This document shows positions 1 through 14,107 of a DNA stretch of 64,000 nucleotides, in pieces. Source of the stretch: Octopus sinensis (taxonomy: Eukaryota); assembly GCF_006345805.1 (NCBI RefSeq), contig NC_043013.1:11718001-11782000 (forward strand). The letters run 5' to 3'. The position numbers were made by a program, and so were the translations under genes. The notes beneath the pieces are model-generated. The model did not search any database. It saw nothing but the letters and a program-made list of their open reading frames with translations, and was not told where the DNA came from. The stretch's first letter is position 1, and every line of letters starts with the position of its first letter.

Positions 1-93
1 TTCTTTTTCACATTCTTTGTTTTTTTTCATATTTACTCTTTATTTAGGAGAATTTACTTTATATATATATTGGTGTGTGTGTGTGCTATAAAG

Positions 94-127
<34 letters not shown>

Positions 128-298
128 TGATACATATATAGATAGATAGATAGTTAGATACATATATATATACGTACATATATATATATATAAATTTTAG
201 GTAAGTATATAACCATATGTGTGTATATATATATATATATATACATGTATACATATATATAATACTGTTTGCTGCGATTAGGAAAGTATATAACCATA

Positions 299-341
<43 letters not shown>

Positions 342-714
342 TCATATATACAGGCGCGTAAACATTGAACTCCGATACTCTATTACAATTCAGATATTTA
401 GACTAACTGTTTATATATAACCAAGAGAGCAAAAAGTAAACGAATATATATACTACTAATTGTTTCGGTTAATTGTAATTTCCTTGTAATTAAAAAAAAT
501 GTTTGCTTCAATAAATAATAAGCTTACATGATTATTTGTAGTCTTCATATAGTTTTTATCTCCTTTGTTTATTCTGTACATTGAATAATTGCTTACATAA
601 AAACATTGTGTAACAGGAGTCGATCCTTGGGCAACGTTCCATGCGTAATATCTCTCTATTTTCTCTCACTCTTTGTATACGAACTGGCCTATATGAATGC
701 GTATACTTGTATAC

Positions 715-807
<93 letters not shown>

Positions 808-817
808 AATGTATATC

Positions 818-850
<33 letters not shown>

Positions 851-1692
851 ATATTTGAATTCTTCCTTAGGAAGAAAGAAGTGGATTCTAATAAGGACAC
901 AGAACTCCATCGTTAGACTGTAGATAACGAAAACAATGTCACATTTTAAACCTGACAAAAGTCTTGCACATCTTTACTGTTCCACTCACAGATTGCATTT
1001 GTAAAGTCCGAGTTTTTTTGGTTGATTTCTTTTTCCTAAAACCAGAGCTTGTCCATATTGTCAATCACACATTGAATCACAAAACCTAGTGTACCAGTTA
1101 TTATTGATGTGTGTATAAATTTATAATCTGCTTATAGAAGCTGAAGGTTTCGCAGAAGGTGTCCATAGTTATACTCCTTTCCTTTGATTATTAGCGATAT
1201 TCAAAACAGCAGGACAGTTCACATCTGTGTCGGTACATAATTTTAATTCGTTTGTCCCGAACAACAATTTTCGGTCAGTTATATTTTACACTTGAGAGTT
1301 GTTTTCATGCGAATGTAACAAATATGTGCATTTTGTTTAGGTTTGTGTATGCATTCAATAACAAGGGAATTCTCTATATTTATTCCAATATTTTTTTTTT
1401 CCGAATGGCGTTGCATACTGTTTTTGCAACAACGTCGTATCGCATAGGGAGGTAGTATTCTGATGACATTTTTAGGCAGCTGCCAATCACATGTGTGATA
1501 TGTATATATGTATGTAATTATGTATGCATATATGTGTGTATATGTATGTATGTATAAATATACATGAAATTATATATAATTCCGTACAAAAATATACAAA
1601 CACAAATACAAGCATATACGTTACATACACGCACGCAAACACATACCTACATACATGCATAAATACATACATACATACATACATGCATATAA

Positions 1693-1756
<64 letters not shown>

Positions 1757-2355
1757 TGAGAGAGAGTGAGAGAGAAAGAGAGAGGGAGAGTGATAGATAG
1801 ATAAATAGAGACATAAATGGATAGGTATACCTATGTATATATACACATATACACACAACAAAAGACATATACCTATATACTTATCAATTCATTGGTAGCT
1901 ACTATATGTGTGCGTTTGTGTATACGTGCGTCTATCAGTGTGCGTTCGCTTCTGCGCATGTCTTTGTGTTTGTACTCGTGCCTCCCTCTAACACTTGACA
2001 ACCGTTGTTGGTGTGTTTACATCTCTGTGATGCAATAAGGGTGATGGAATAAGTACGAGGATTAAAAATGTACCATTCATTTTGAGGTCGAATCGTTCGA
2101 ATAAATCTCTTCAACACGGTGCTGCAACATGGCCACAGTCTAATGACTAAAACAAGATAAAATATAAAAGATGAAATATAAAGGGAGCTGCGTGGCTGTG
2201 TGGTAAGAAGCTTGCCTCCGAACAACATGGATCCTGGTTCAGTCCAACAGCGTGGCTCCTTGGGCAAGTGTCTTTTAGTGTGGCTTCATTCATATATATG
2301 TTTGTATGTATGTATGTATGTATGCATATGTATATATATCTATATCTATATCTGA

Positions 2356-2407
<52 letters not shown>

Positions 2408-2471
2408 ATATATATATATTATATATAATATATATATATACGTGTGTGTGTGTGTCTATATATATATATGC

Positions 2472-2544
<73 letters not shown>

Positions 2545-3232
2545 CGGATATGTTTGTAAATTATATGCATTTGAATACAAATGAAGTGACAGAATCATAA
2601 GTGATTACGAACCTACGGAGTTAAAAGATGGTAATTTCGTAAATAGAAGTGGAAGTTGTCTTACCACTCTTCTCTCATCGTGATAATTTCTTCTGAGTTG
2701 GATCAAACACAAAATAAAATTCTTCCTTGAGATAAAAAAAAATGTGAATATTTTTTTTCCAATGCGTGTGTAAATGTGTATATGTGTGTATGTGGGTGCT
2801 TGTGTGTGTCTGTGTGTCTGAGGGCGTGTAAGCTTATTTTGAAAATGTCAGGGGGAAGCACAAACGCATACATACATACGTTGGTACGGACGTACGTACA
2901 TACACAGAAACACACACACTCGCAAGTAACATCAGGAAATACCAACGTGGAGTCAAAGTGACGGACGTATATCATTATAGTCACTTTAAAACCAACGGAT
3001 ATATAACCGCATGCCCACATACATTCATACGTTCATACGTACACAGATGCATACATACGCACATAGAGGTATAGACGTACATGTACACATATATGCGTAA
3101 GTACGTACGCATCTATATCACTAGGTATTATGTGTATCTGTAATACACTCCCTGCTGCTCTACTCACGGGATTTACTTCAAATTTTATGGTGTAAGTTTA
3201 TGGAATACTCTAGGTTTGACTTCAAGTACCAG

Positions 3233-3272
<40 letters not shown>

Positions 3273-4936
3273 AATCCTCACCGTCGTTATTATCATCATC
3301 GACATCATCATCATCAACGTTGTCGTCGTCATTGTCGTTACCATCATCATCAGCAGCATCGTCATCGTAATGGCTACTAATATGTTCTCCATCAAATATC
3401 ATTTTCCCAAGCAATAGCAATACCACCACCACCACCACCATCAAAACCACCACCACAACCACCACCACCACCATCACCATCACTACCACCACCACCACCA
3501 TTACCACCACCATCACCACCAACAACACTACCACTACCACTACTACCACTACCACCACCGCCACCACCACAAACGCCACCATTAACATCACCAATACTAC
3601 CAACACCTCTACCAGCACTGCTGCTGCTACTACTACAACAACAACTACTACTACTACTACTACTTTTTACTATTAATTATTCTTCCTCTTCACATTGTAT
3701 CACACGCCTCACCAACTCTTCCCTGTCATTATTATGAGAATCGTTAGCAGGGCCACACAAAATGCCTTACACGTCTTGTTTGAGAGTTTTACCTTCTAAC
3801 TTCAAATCCTTGCTATTTCAATATTCAAGCTTGAATAAATTTAACTTCCACCCAATAGCATGGATCATTATCATCGAGTACTTCACTTACTAAAGTTTGC
3901 GGCCTCGTCTTTATATAACTCGACTGTAGAATCTGTGTAGTACTTTATAGAAGTACATTACGGGAAATTTCCAACCTTCTTAATCCTGGAAGGTTTACAT
4001 CAGTGCATTGCTTGTTCGTCCTGCATTATAGCAGCCTGACTGTGTTAGGATCAACAAAAGCAATGCATCCCGGTCACACAGTCCTTCAATATTCATGTGC
4101 CTTCGATTTCTAAGTTTATTTCGAAATGCTGGGTTTCTCATTTCAGATATGTCTGGATATAAATTGATATATTGTCTGTAGTGTGAATCGGATTACCACT
4201 TCCATTTAACAAACAAGAGCGAGTAGTCGAGTAATTTTTCATTATCTGATGTACGTTTATAGTGGACATGGTTGAAATTTCTGTGTATTGGGCCATTACA
4301 CCCATATCTTCATCAAGCACCATTTGAAAAGAGAGGTGATATCTCTCTATAAAATTTGTGAAAGTTAAGTCTTTCATTAGCCACGTGCCCTTCCTGTGTG
4401 CAATGCTTGGCTTGAGAAGACTCACCGGTTCCCTGTGTGTTTTACTGCATGAATACAATCACCCAAGTTCTTGGTTCCTATAGATTATTTGATGTCATCA
4501 ATTTCTAAACGTTTCTGGCGGCCTTTTAGTCTCTTGCCCTCAAACACTTCTAGTCAGGATTATCTTGGGCCGTGATTAGTTGTAAATTGTATATCCAAAT
4601 TTTATGAGCTGTGTGGGCCTGACTGGAATTGTTAAATTGACTTACATTTACTATGTCGTGCAGCCTGGGGACACTGCGAGGAATCACGGTGATAGTTTGA
4701 TGGTTTAAAAATACATCAATTCTTTCTCTTCAAAGAAATGCTCAGTTTGGAAAAGAAGCATAAATCATTTCAGTTAAATTACTTGTTTACTATGTGAAAG
4801 TTCATTATCAATACTTACAGCATCTAGTTTTGTTATTTCATAGAACATCTCTTCATCTATCCTTGTAGTAATCTCGTAAAATCTAGATGTAGTGTTCACT
4901 GTTATGCTGTGTGTTTGCCATAGCATTTGTTTTACG

Positions 4937-5016
<80 letters not shown>

Positions 5017-5024
5017 CATTATTA

Positions 5025-5068
<44 letters not shown>
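4937..5068. repeat. (ATT)n microsatellite
   Basis: Direct inspection; similar tracts at 10412-10563, 11522-11682, 15023-15170, 25377-25565 and 46052-46126. Confidence 0.98.
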
Positions 5069-5069
<1 letters not shown>

Positions 5070-6511
5070 CCGCTGGACGAAATGCTTAGCGGTATTTAAC
5101 CCGTCGCTACGTTCTGAGTTCAAATTCCGCGGAAGTCGACTTTACCTTTCATCCTTTCGGGGTCGATAAATTAAGTACCAGTGAAACACTAAGACCAGTG
5201 TAACAGAATTATCCTTTCCCTCAATAAGGCTGCCTTTGCGGCAAAATTTTAAACCATTGTAATTATTAAAAGAATTATTTTCGCATTCACTTCTCCGTGA
5301 TAATGATATAGTATGGGTTTAGTATATCTTGGAGTTGTCGCCGACAAACTAAACCATTTAAAACTAAGTAATACGTAAAATTAAAAATAATTATAAAATT
5401 TCCTCTTCCGTTTGCGTTGTTATTTTAAAATCATTGTTAATGCGCAGATCATAATTAGTTTAAGGAAGAATGAAATGAATATGGTATTTAGTCACATTGT
5501 CATTTCAAATCAGGCCAAGGTCGAAATTCGCCTCCCTACAGGGGTCTGCAATTTAAGTATATTTTGCACGCATCTACGTGATAGATTTTTCCTTCCAGAA
5601 ACATCAGAATCCTTGCTCGATGGGACTGACCCGCGTATAGAGATTGAACCTGAATCAAACGCGTTTACAAAGCGAGCTTTTTTATCTACATAACCATGCC
5701 TGCGCTATCTTAACCACAAAGGAAAACTGATTTAAACACCCTAAAACCTATAGACCTGAAAGAACTCTAAAACCCTTGAATTAATGTTTTGAACATGGAA
5801 AAATAGTTTCTAAGAATTGCGGTACTGCCAAAGGAGGAAGTAAGTCTTTCCGGACGAAATTTTTACGAAAACGTTTTGGAAATGCACATTATTAATTGAC
5901 TAGAATGAAAAGAAATTCTTTAAACTACAAAAGATATCTGTAATACGATTATAATCTTCAACATATTTTTATAGTATATGGTAGTTTAAAGACTTCCTGA
6001 TAAAGAACAGTTGTTTATAGTGATGTTAATTCAAGCGTTGTAGTCAGGTAATTGTAAATGTACCAATGAGATTTCATAACGAAAGATGTAAACGTTGAGA
6101 ATAATGGAAAATATAGTTGATTGAACGAGTATACGTAATTTGAAGTAAATTAAAGTCAGATAAATTTTGGAATGATCATCAATTGTAATATATTTGTAAA
6201 TTGTGATTTTCAATGAGATCTTTGCCTTTTGATGTCTTATAGCGATATATGTTTGGTAGAAAAATTAGAAGTTATTTCGATTTATGGTAAAATAATTAGG
6301 GTGACTTTAAAAAATATAGATCTGGATAATGAAACAACTTAAATAAAACTAATTCTAGAATTATTTCTAGAAAGAGGAATGCTTATCATACATTAGTTCT
6401 TAAAATATAATGATTTTTTAAAAATAATTTTTTATACTGATTTAAAGAAAAGTATATCTATTTAATGAAATATGATATAAAACAATATAGAAAAAGTAAG
6501 ATTCATTATGA

Positions 6512-6732
6512 AATATCGGTTTCAAATTTTTGCACAAGACCGACAATTTTGGGGAAAGATTGAGTCGATTACATCGACCCCAGTGCTCAACTGGTACTTA
6601 TATTATCGACCCCGGTAAAGGATGAAAGGCGGAGTCGACCGCGGCGGAATTTGAACTCGAAGCATAAAGACGAGCGAAATACAGCTATGCATTTTGCCCG
6701 GCGCGGTAAGGATTCTGCCAGCTCGTCGCCTT
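6512..6732 (-). mobile_element. SINE type A (standard tail) directly downstream of the 5S copy
   Basis: Head AAGGCGACGAGCTGGCAGAATC, B box GAGTTCAAATTCC, core CCTTTCATCCTTT...GTCGATAA...AAGTACCAG, tail ...TGTGCAAAAATTTGAAACC. Confidence 0.85.
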
Positions 6733-6746
6733 AAAAGTGTGGGAGT

Positions 6747-6865
6747 TGCTTATACCACCGAGGTTTCCCAAGCGGTTACCCATCTAAGTACTAACTAGGC
6801 TTCACGTTGCTTAACTTCGATAATCAGACGAGAACCGGTGTATTCAACATGATATGGACGTAAGC
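6747..6865 (-). rRNA. 5S rRNA copy, 119 nt, diverged (likely pseudogene)
   Basis: GCTTACGTCCATATCATGTTGAATACACCGGTTCTCGTCTGATTATCGAAGTTAAGCAACG...GTTAGTACTTAGATGGGTAACCGCTTGGGAAACC...TAAGCA; box A and box C motifs recognisable; TTTT at 6733-6736 after a 10-nt trailer. Confidence 0.92.
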
Positions 6866-7214
6866 GATTTATTACGACCTATTGAACTATGAATTAAGAC
6901 ATCTTCATTGCAAAAAAAAAAGTATTTTCTAAATGTTATAAAGACCTTTGAGGTATGATTTTCTTAAATATAACGAACGATGTATGTGATAAAAGTGTGT
7001 TAAGATGTATTGGGGGAAAATTAAATCACTGTAATATAAGAGTCAATGGATGTATGATGCATCATCATAATTATATACATTAATCTGATTCTTCTTAATT
7101 GTTATTAGAATAGTCTCTTGGACAAATAAACCTAAAAATAAGATTTACCTTCACTTCAAACGACTTTGCCGGTCATACAATGAATGTCAAATATACTAGA
7201 ACTTGTGTTTACAC

Positions 7215-7525
7215 CAGGAGTTCTAACTACTTTTCATCTATCGACCCTTTTGACTACTATTTTATTCTGGTGGCCCTCACCATAGCCATTCGATGTTTAA
7301 AACTAATTTTATGGATACTTCTTTCAAAATTCCTATTTAGTATTTCACGCGTTCACTTGACCTATGTAAAACATTAGAGAAAGAAATCGAGCTGTTTCTT
7401 TCAATACATACATTTAAAACAATATTTTTTAAGGGGCTCTTAAAATACTATTGTGGATCCCCAATTTGCTATTGTGTTGCATGGACCCTCAAAAATCTTA
7501 TATGAACTGTGGTTGAGAAACAGTG
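7215..7525. mobile_element. hAT (Charlie-like) MITE
   Basis: Degenerate TIRs CAGGAGTTCTAAC / GGTTGAGAAACAGTG; 8-bp TSD GTTTACAC (7207-7214) / GTCTACAC (7526-7533); subterminal GACCC motifs. Confidence 0.7.
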
Positions 7526-8364
7526 GTCTACACAAAACGCTATTATAACCTGGTGCGCTTTAACACACTTCCTGTGCATAATTTCATTCACATATTTATG
7601 CAAACCGTATTTCTATGTATTTCTGCATTTTTATAACAATGCCTAAAAAGTCCCACAATGAAAAAAATATTTAAAAACCGTCAAACTTGAAGTCATTTTA
7701 GTGTATTCATTTTATTCCACTTTATCTATGCCTCTTGTTATTTAAATTTTATCTTACATTTTTTCTGAGATTTAAACCTTCTTTCAAAATCATTGTAAAC
7801 ATTCAAATATTTTTTAAATCGTTATCTTCAATGAACTAGTGGACGATAATGATTTCCCCTTCTCAAAACGTATTTGTGAAGATAACAATGAGGTTTTGTT
7901 ACAGAGATAATGGAATAGACATGATTACATAAAGTAAGATTGCAGAGATAAGCTCGATAAAAGTTTAAGTGATTATAAATACCAGTATATTCGTAAATAG
8001 TATTTTGCGATGAGACGTTTGGTGTTGAAATAATATAGGGATAAAGTTAGTATAAACATCATAAACCATTATGAAGTATTGTAAAACATTTAGTCGTAAG
8101 TTAAAAAAACAGTTAAAAGTGAAGAATACAAATATTATAAATAAAAATAATTTCAGAAACTATTTAAATGGCTAAGAAAAGAAAGCGCAGTGAATACACT
8201 TCTAAATGTTTAACAATCGTTACTAATGTTTTCTTTTATTGGCGACAAGGCCCCAAGACAATAAGGATAACAGTGAAGTACGAAATGGAACACAGAAGCA
8301 AGTAGGGGTCTCATAGATCAAAGGGGAAAACAACAAAAAAGACATAGAAAATATTAGAATTCAG

Positions 8365-8407
<43 letters not shown>

Positions 8408-8786
8408 CGGTAACAGGACAGCCCACCTATGATCGTTAGGGTAAAATCCCATACAAAAATTCTAACATTCCGTCCCGTGTTTACGTTCTGAGTTCAAATT
8501 ACACTGAGACCGACTGTGCCTTTCATTCTTACAGGGTCGACAGAATAATTACCAATTGAACACTTAGGTCAATGTAATCGACTGAACCCATCCCCCAAAA
8601 TTGCTGGCCTTGTGTCAAAGTTTGAGACTTTTATTGTTATAGTTTATCAAAAATTAATAATGATATGTGTGTGTATGTATATAAGCATATTCATATATAC
8701 ACAGACATATATATATATATACATGCACATATATCTAAAACACACACATATGTATACATATATGCATAGATACATACATGCGTACA

Positions 8787-8846
<60 letters not shown>

Positions 8847-9742
8847 TATATACATGCATACATACACATAAATACATATATACGTACACATATATATATG
8901 CATAGATATACATATATACATATATACAAGCATCCATACACGTATATACATATATACATGCATATACATGCATACATGCACGTAAGTGTGAGAGTTTATA
9001 TAATATAAAGATTAAAATATCTCGATCCCTTCTATTCTCCAAGAGTCAAACATTGATCAACCATGATTAACTTCAGGGGAGAGCAACATGAGGAAGCTTT
9101 AACATTCCTAAACTCGTTAATTGCATGAAACTGATTATGTAATGAAGTTATTTTCAAAACTACATAATTAAATAATCTACGCAATATATTAAATAAATAG
9201 CATCGAAGACGAATAGGTCACATTTCCGGATTTTTGTCACATTACTTCCGCTTTTCTCGACAGGAAATATTTCAACCTTCCCCCAACAAATAGTCTCATA
9301 GGAGTTACTTATGTAGACTCTCCCTCTCGTTTTTATTTTTTACTTTTTGTTTTGTTTTATCTGTTCGATTTGTATTTCAAATATTTTTATAAAAGGTTTC
9401 CATAGAGTTTTCGTCTATCTTATAAACTCACAAAGCATTGGGCGGTCTTGGGCTATAGTTATAGATGAAAGTACTGTGCAGTGGAACAGAACCCGATACC
9501 ACGTTGTTGCCAAGCCAGCTTCTAAACTAAACAGCCATGCTTGAGTTAATAGACCACTCTTTGGATTTTTCTTATATTTGATCAATAATAGCAAAAATTG
9601 AAAGGTAGTTGATGGGCCCAAAGCAGAACCAAAACCTCCTCACGATAAACCATCAAAAGCATATGATGAATAAGAATAGAGTAAATACAGAATACGTGGG
9701 AAATGGTAAGAAATAATCACTTTATGACTGAGGTCTTAAACT

Positions 9743-9965
9743 TATTGCTTTATTGCCCAGAAGGGGCCAAACATAGAGGAGACAAACAAGGACAGACAAA
9801 GGGATTAATTCGACGACATCGACTCCAGTACGTAACTGGTACATTAGTTATCGACCCCGAAAGGAAGAAAAGCAAAGTCGACCTCAGCGGAATTTGAACT
9901 CAGAACGTAACGGCAGACGAAATACCGCTAAGCATTTCGCCCGGCGTGCTAACGTTTCTGCCAGT
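9743..9965 (-). mobile_element. SINE type A, Tx1-tailed monomer
   Basis: Reverse strand CTGGCAGAAACGTTAGCACGCCGGG...TGTCTGTCCTTGTTTGTCTCCTCT...GGGCAATAAAGCAATA. Confidence 0.85.
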
Positions 9966-10409
9966 TAGTACCCAATCTTAGTACCAAACTTAATTCTTCA
10001 GACATGGCAGAGTTCGGGTATACATACACTAGACAGTATGACAGCATTATGAAATACCAATAGAAAAGAGACGACATAGATGCTGAACTGGTACTTATTT
10101 GATCGGCCCCGAAAAGATGAAATGTCGATTTGACGGAATTTGAACTTAGAGCGTAAGGACAGACGAAATGCCGCTAAGTATTATACCCGGCGTGCTAAAG
10201 ATTCTCAACTTACCACCCTAATAATAATGTTTGTGGTTTCTAGTTTTGGCACAAGACCAGAAAATTCTGTTAAGTCGATTACAGTCAATTGGTACTTACT
10301 TTATCAACCCCGAAAGGATGAAAAGCAAAGTCGACCTCAGCGAAGTTTTAAATCAGAATTTGAAAATAGGTAAAATACAAGCTTGCTAACGAGTCAGCCA
10401 GCATGACGC

Positions 10410-10473
<64 letters not shown>

Positions 10474-10490
10474 TAACAATAGTAATAATG

Positions 10491-10591
<101 letters not shown>

Positions 10592-10979
10592 AAGAAGAAG
10601 AAGAAGAAGAAGGACAACAACAACAACAACAACAATAACAGGTCACCCTTACCTGAATGAAATAGCTGTTATAATTTCTTAACAAAGATATAAATGTTCT
10701 TTGTAAAAGTATTTCAGCTTGTTTCTGGCAGACAGAAAGGCACGTGCCGAGAGAGGAATATATAAGAATCAATAACATTGTCATTAACACTAACACACGA
10801 AACATAATTTGACTACAAGGAAGGGAGCCACATGCTAGAAATAAGCATCTATATTAACCACAGTTTTTCTTCTCACTGGTAAGGGGTACGAGATTGAATT
10901 GCATTTTATCCATCTTGTGTCCGAGTCTCAACCAAAGACCTAGGGCATTATTATTATCATTATTAATATTATTATTATT

Positions 10980-11520
10980 ATTGAGTGAGAGAGCAGTGCA
11001 TGTCATCAATGTGACACTGGGGTAAAATATACGAAGCCCAATATACCCATCATGACTACCCATCTGATAAGGGTACACCAGGCACATGCATCACAACCAT
11101 ATGTGCGTGACATGGTGATCTCATATCAAGATAAACAGCACATGACCTTGCAGGTGGGGCCCAGTTAGAATTTTCTTCAGGTTGAGTAGCCCATCCCGCT
11201 CAAAAGGTCCCTGAATAAGGGTTCTTTAACGATGTTGAAAGAACCACCCATGTTCCCCGAGGTGAATTATTCAAACCCCAAAGAATCCCTCTCAACACAT
11301 GGCTATGATGCTCCCCCACTACTTCTGCTCGTGATCAGAGATGCACATATCGTCAGCCACTAAGGGACATGCTCAACTGGTTAAGGTCAAACAACTGACA
11401 AGCAAATCTGTGGTATTGAGCAGAATATTTGCTGTAGCCCATCTTTTATACCAAGACAAAACAATGTACATGATAACACTTCCAATCAGTTAAGATCAGA
11501 AGCCATGAGAGCCATTGCCT

Positions 11521-11521
<1 letters not shown>
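10980..11521 (-). mobile_element. (TAA)n-inserted retroelement 3' portion, ~540 bp, no recognisable ORF
   Basis: Near-identical copies at 13341-13785 and 13829-14012 share the 3' end GCTCTCTCACTCAATAATAA with different 5' truncations; all embedded in ATT/TAA runs. Confidence 0.8.
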
Positions 11522-11591
<70 letters not shown>

Positions 11592-11620
11592 ATTATTATT
11601 ATTAATATAATTATTATTAA

Positions 11621-11653
<33 letters not shown>

Positions 11654-11702
11654 GATTATTATTATTATTATTATTATTATTATGTATTTCACATAAAATG
11701 AA

Positions 11703-11733
<31 letters not shown>

Positions 11734-12102
11734 GAGAAAGATAGACAAGAAACGATATGATCATCGAACAGTGATCAATATTGAAATGAGCTTCACATGT
11801 AGCAGTATACAATACAACGACTAAACGTCTACGAAGGCGATGATGACGGTGACGAAAGTAGCAGCGACAACAAGACCCTGAAATAAATGTGACAGAAAAA
11901 ATGTCTTAATTTCTCTACTAAACTTCCAATATCACATTCATTAATATTTTTGCAGATAGAGATTAAACTTCTTATTTCCTCTCGTCTCTTTCTTCCTCTC
12001 TTTTCTCTCTCACTTCACACACACACATACATACACACGTGCATACACACACAAATATATATATACATCTATGTATACATATATATATATATATATATAT
12101 AA

Positions 12103-12152
<50 letters not shown>

Positions 12153-12203
12153 ACGCATATATATATATATATATTATATATATATATATACATCTATGTA
12201 TAC

Positions 12204-12234
<31 letters not shown>

Positions 12235-12645
12235 ATATATATACATAGATATAGATATATAGATAGTTATATATATACATTTATATATATATATATACAA
12301 ACATATGTATGTGTGTATGTATGTGTATATATGCATATATATGCATATATGTGTGTATAGATGTGTGTGTGTGTGTAAGTATATATCCACATTTCCATTT
12401 ATATACGTACGTATTTGTCACACACACACACACAAACGTATATATGGAAAAACATCATATTCCCATGTATAAGTTAGTATCCATAATAAAAATAAATACA
12501 CATATCATAGAAGAAACATTGATCAAATTATTCAAGACTTGTCTGGCATCGGTAAATACATACACGCATACATACATACGTCTATGTATATATTTATGCG
12601 TGTATGTACATATATACATATATATACGTATGTATATATGTATAA

Positions 12646-12700
<55 letters not shown>

Positions 12701-12727
12701 ACGCATATATATATATATAATATATAT

Positions 12728-12770
<43 letters not shown>

Positions 12771-13282
12771 CCGGATACCAACATGAAACCAGTATACATA
12801 TTAAAATTACATTAAAACCTTTAGTGAGGTGAGCTAGTTGGCACCATGGTAAGATGATATCATCTATTTGGCTGAGAATTCTATAAAATAACTTACGATT
12901 AGCTTATTTTATGTTTTGGAATTTTTGGTCTTTTTTTATGATTTCTATATGTTTGGCAATACAATATGTTGACGAAAAACCCTTACTTAATAGATGCCGT
13001 TCAGACTGAAGTCTTAACCAAAAACATCAATGGACAATAAGGTTTTGTATCTGAAGATGCGAACAGGTGAGGTGCCTTGTAATTGGAATCACAGATACCT
13101 GTTGTGGAAAAGACACAGAGTGAGTATGGTTGCATTTTCACTCTACATAGAATATTTGTGATACACGTAAGTATGATCTTTGGTAATTCTTTTATTTTGG
13201 GACTAACATGTATAACTATATACATGTATGCTCCACTTGGCTGCATTCAAAGTGCACCAATAAAGTGGGCAATAAAGAAATA

Positions 13283-13337
<55 letters not shown>

Positions 13338-13340
13338 TTT

Positions 13341-14012
13341 ATTGAGTGAGAGAGCAGTGCATGCCATCAAAGTGACACTGGGGTAAAGAATACGAAGCCC
13401 AATATACCCATCATGACTACCCGTCTGATAAAGGTACACCAGGCACATGCATCACAACCATATGTACGCGACATGGTGATCTCATATCAAGATAAACAGC
13501 ACATGACCTTGCAGGTGGGGCCGAGTTAGAATTTTCTTCAGGTTGAGTAGCCCATCCCGCTCAAAAGGTCCCCGAATAAGGGTTGTTTAAGGATGTTGAA
13601 AGAACCACCCATGTTTCCCGAGGTGAATTATTCAAACCCCAAAGAATCCCTCTCAACACATGGCTATGATGCTCCCCCACTACTTCTGCTCGTGATCAGA
13701 GATGCACATATCGTCAGCCACTAAGGGACATGCTCAACTGGTTAAGGTCAAACAACTGGCAAGCAAATCTGTGGTATTGAGCAGATATTATTATTATTAT
13801 TATTTTATTATTATTACTATTATTATTATTGAGTGAGAGAGCAGTTCATGCCATCAAAGTTACACTGGGGTAAAGAATACGAAGCCCAATATACCCATCA
13901 TGACTACCCGTCTGATAAGGGTACACCAGGCACATGCATCACAACCATATGTGCGCGACATGGTGATCTCATATCAAGATAAACAGCACATGACCTTGCA
14001 GGTGGGACCCAG
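13341..14012 (-). mobile_element. Two more 5'-truncated copies of the (TAA)n-inserted element
   Basis: ~445-bp and ~185-bp copies colinear with 10980-11521, separated by (ATT)n. Confidence 0.8.
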
Positions 14013-14066
<54 letters not shown>

Positions 14067-14107
14067 CATCATTATTATTATTATTATTATTGTTATTACT
14101 ATTATTA

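Noticed and set aside
420-1450. Possible Penelope GIY-YIG remnant
   Set aside because: Only an IGQ tripeptide and a GTTTCGG motif; too degenerate to support.
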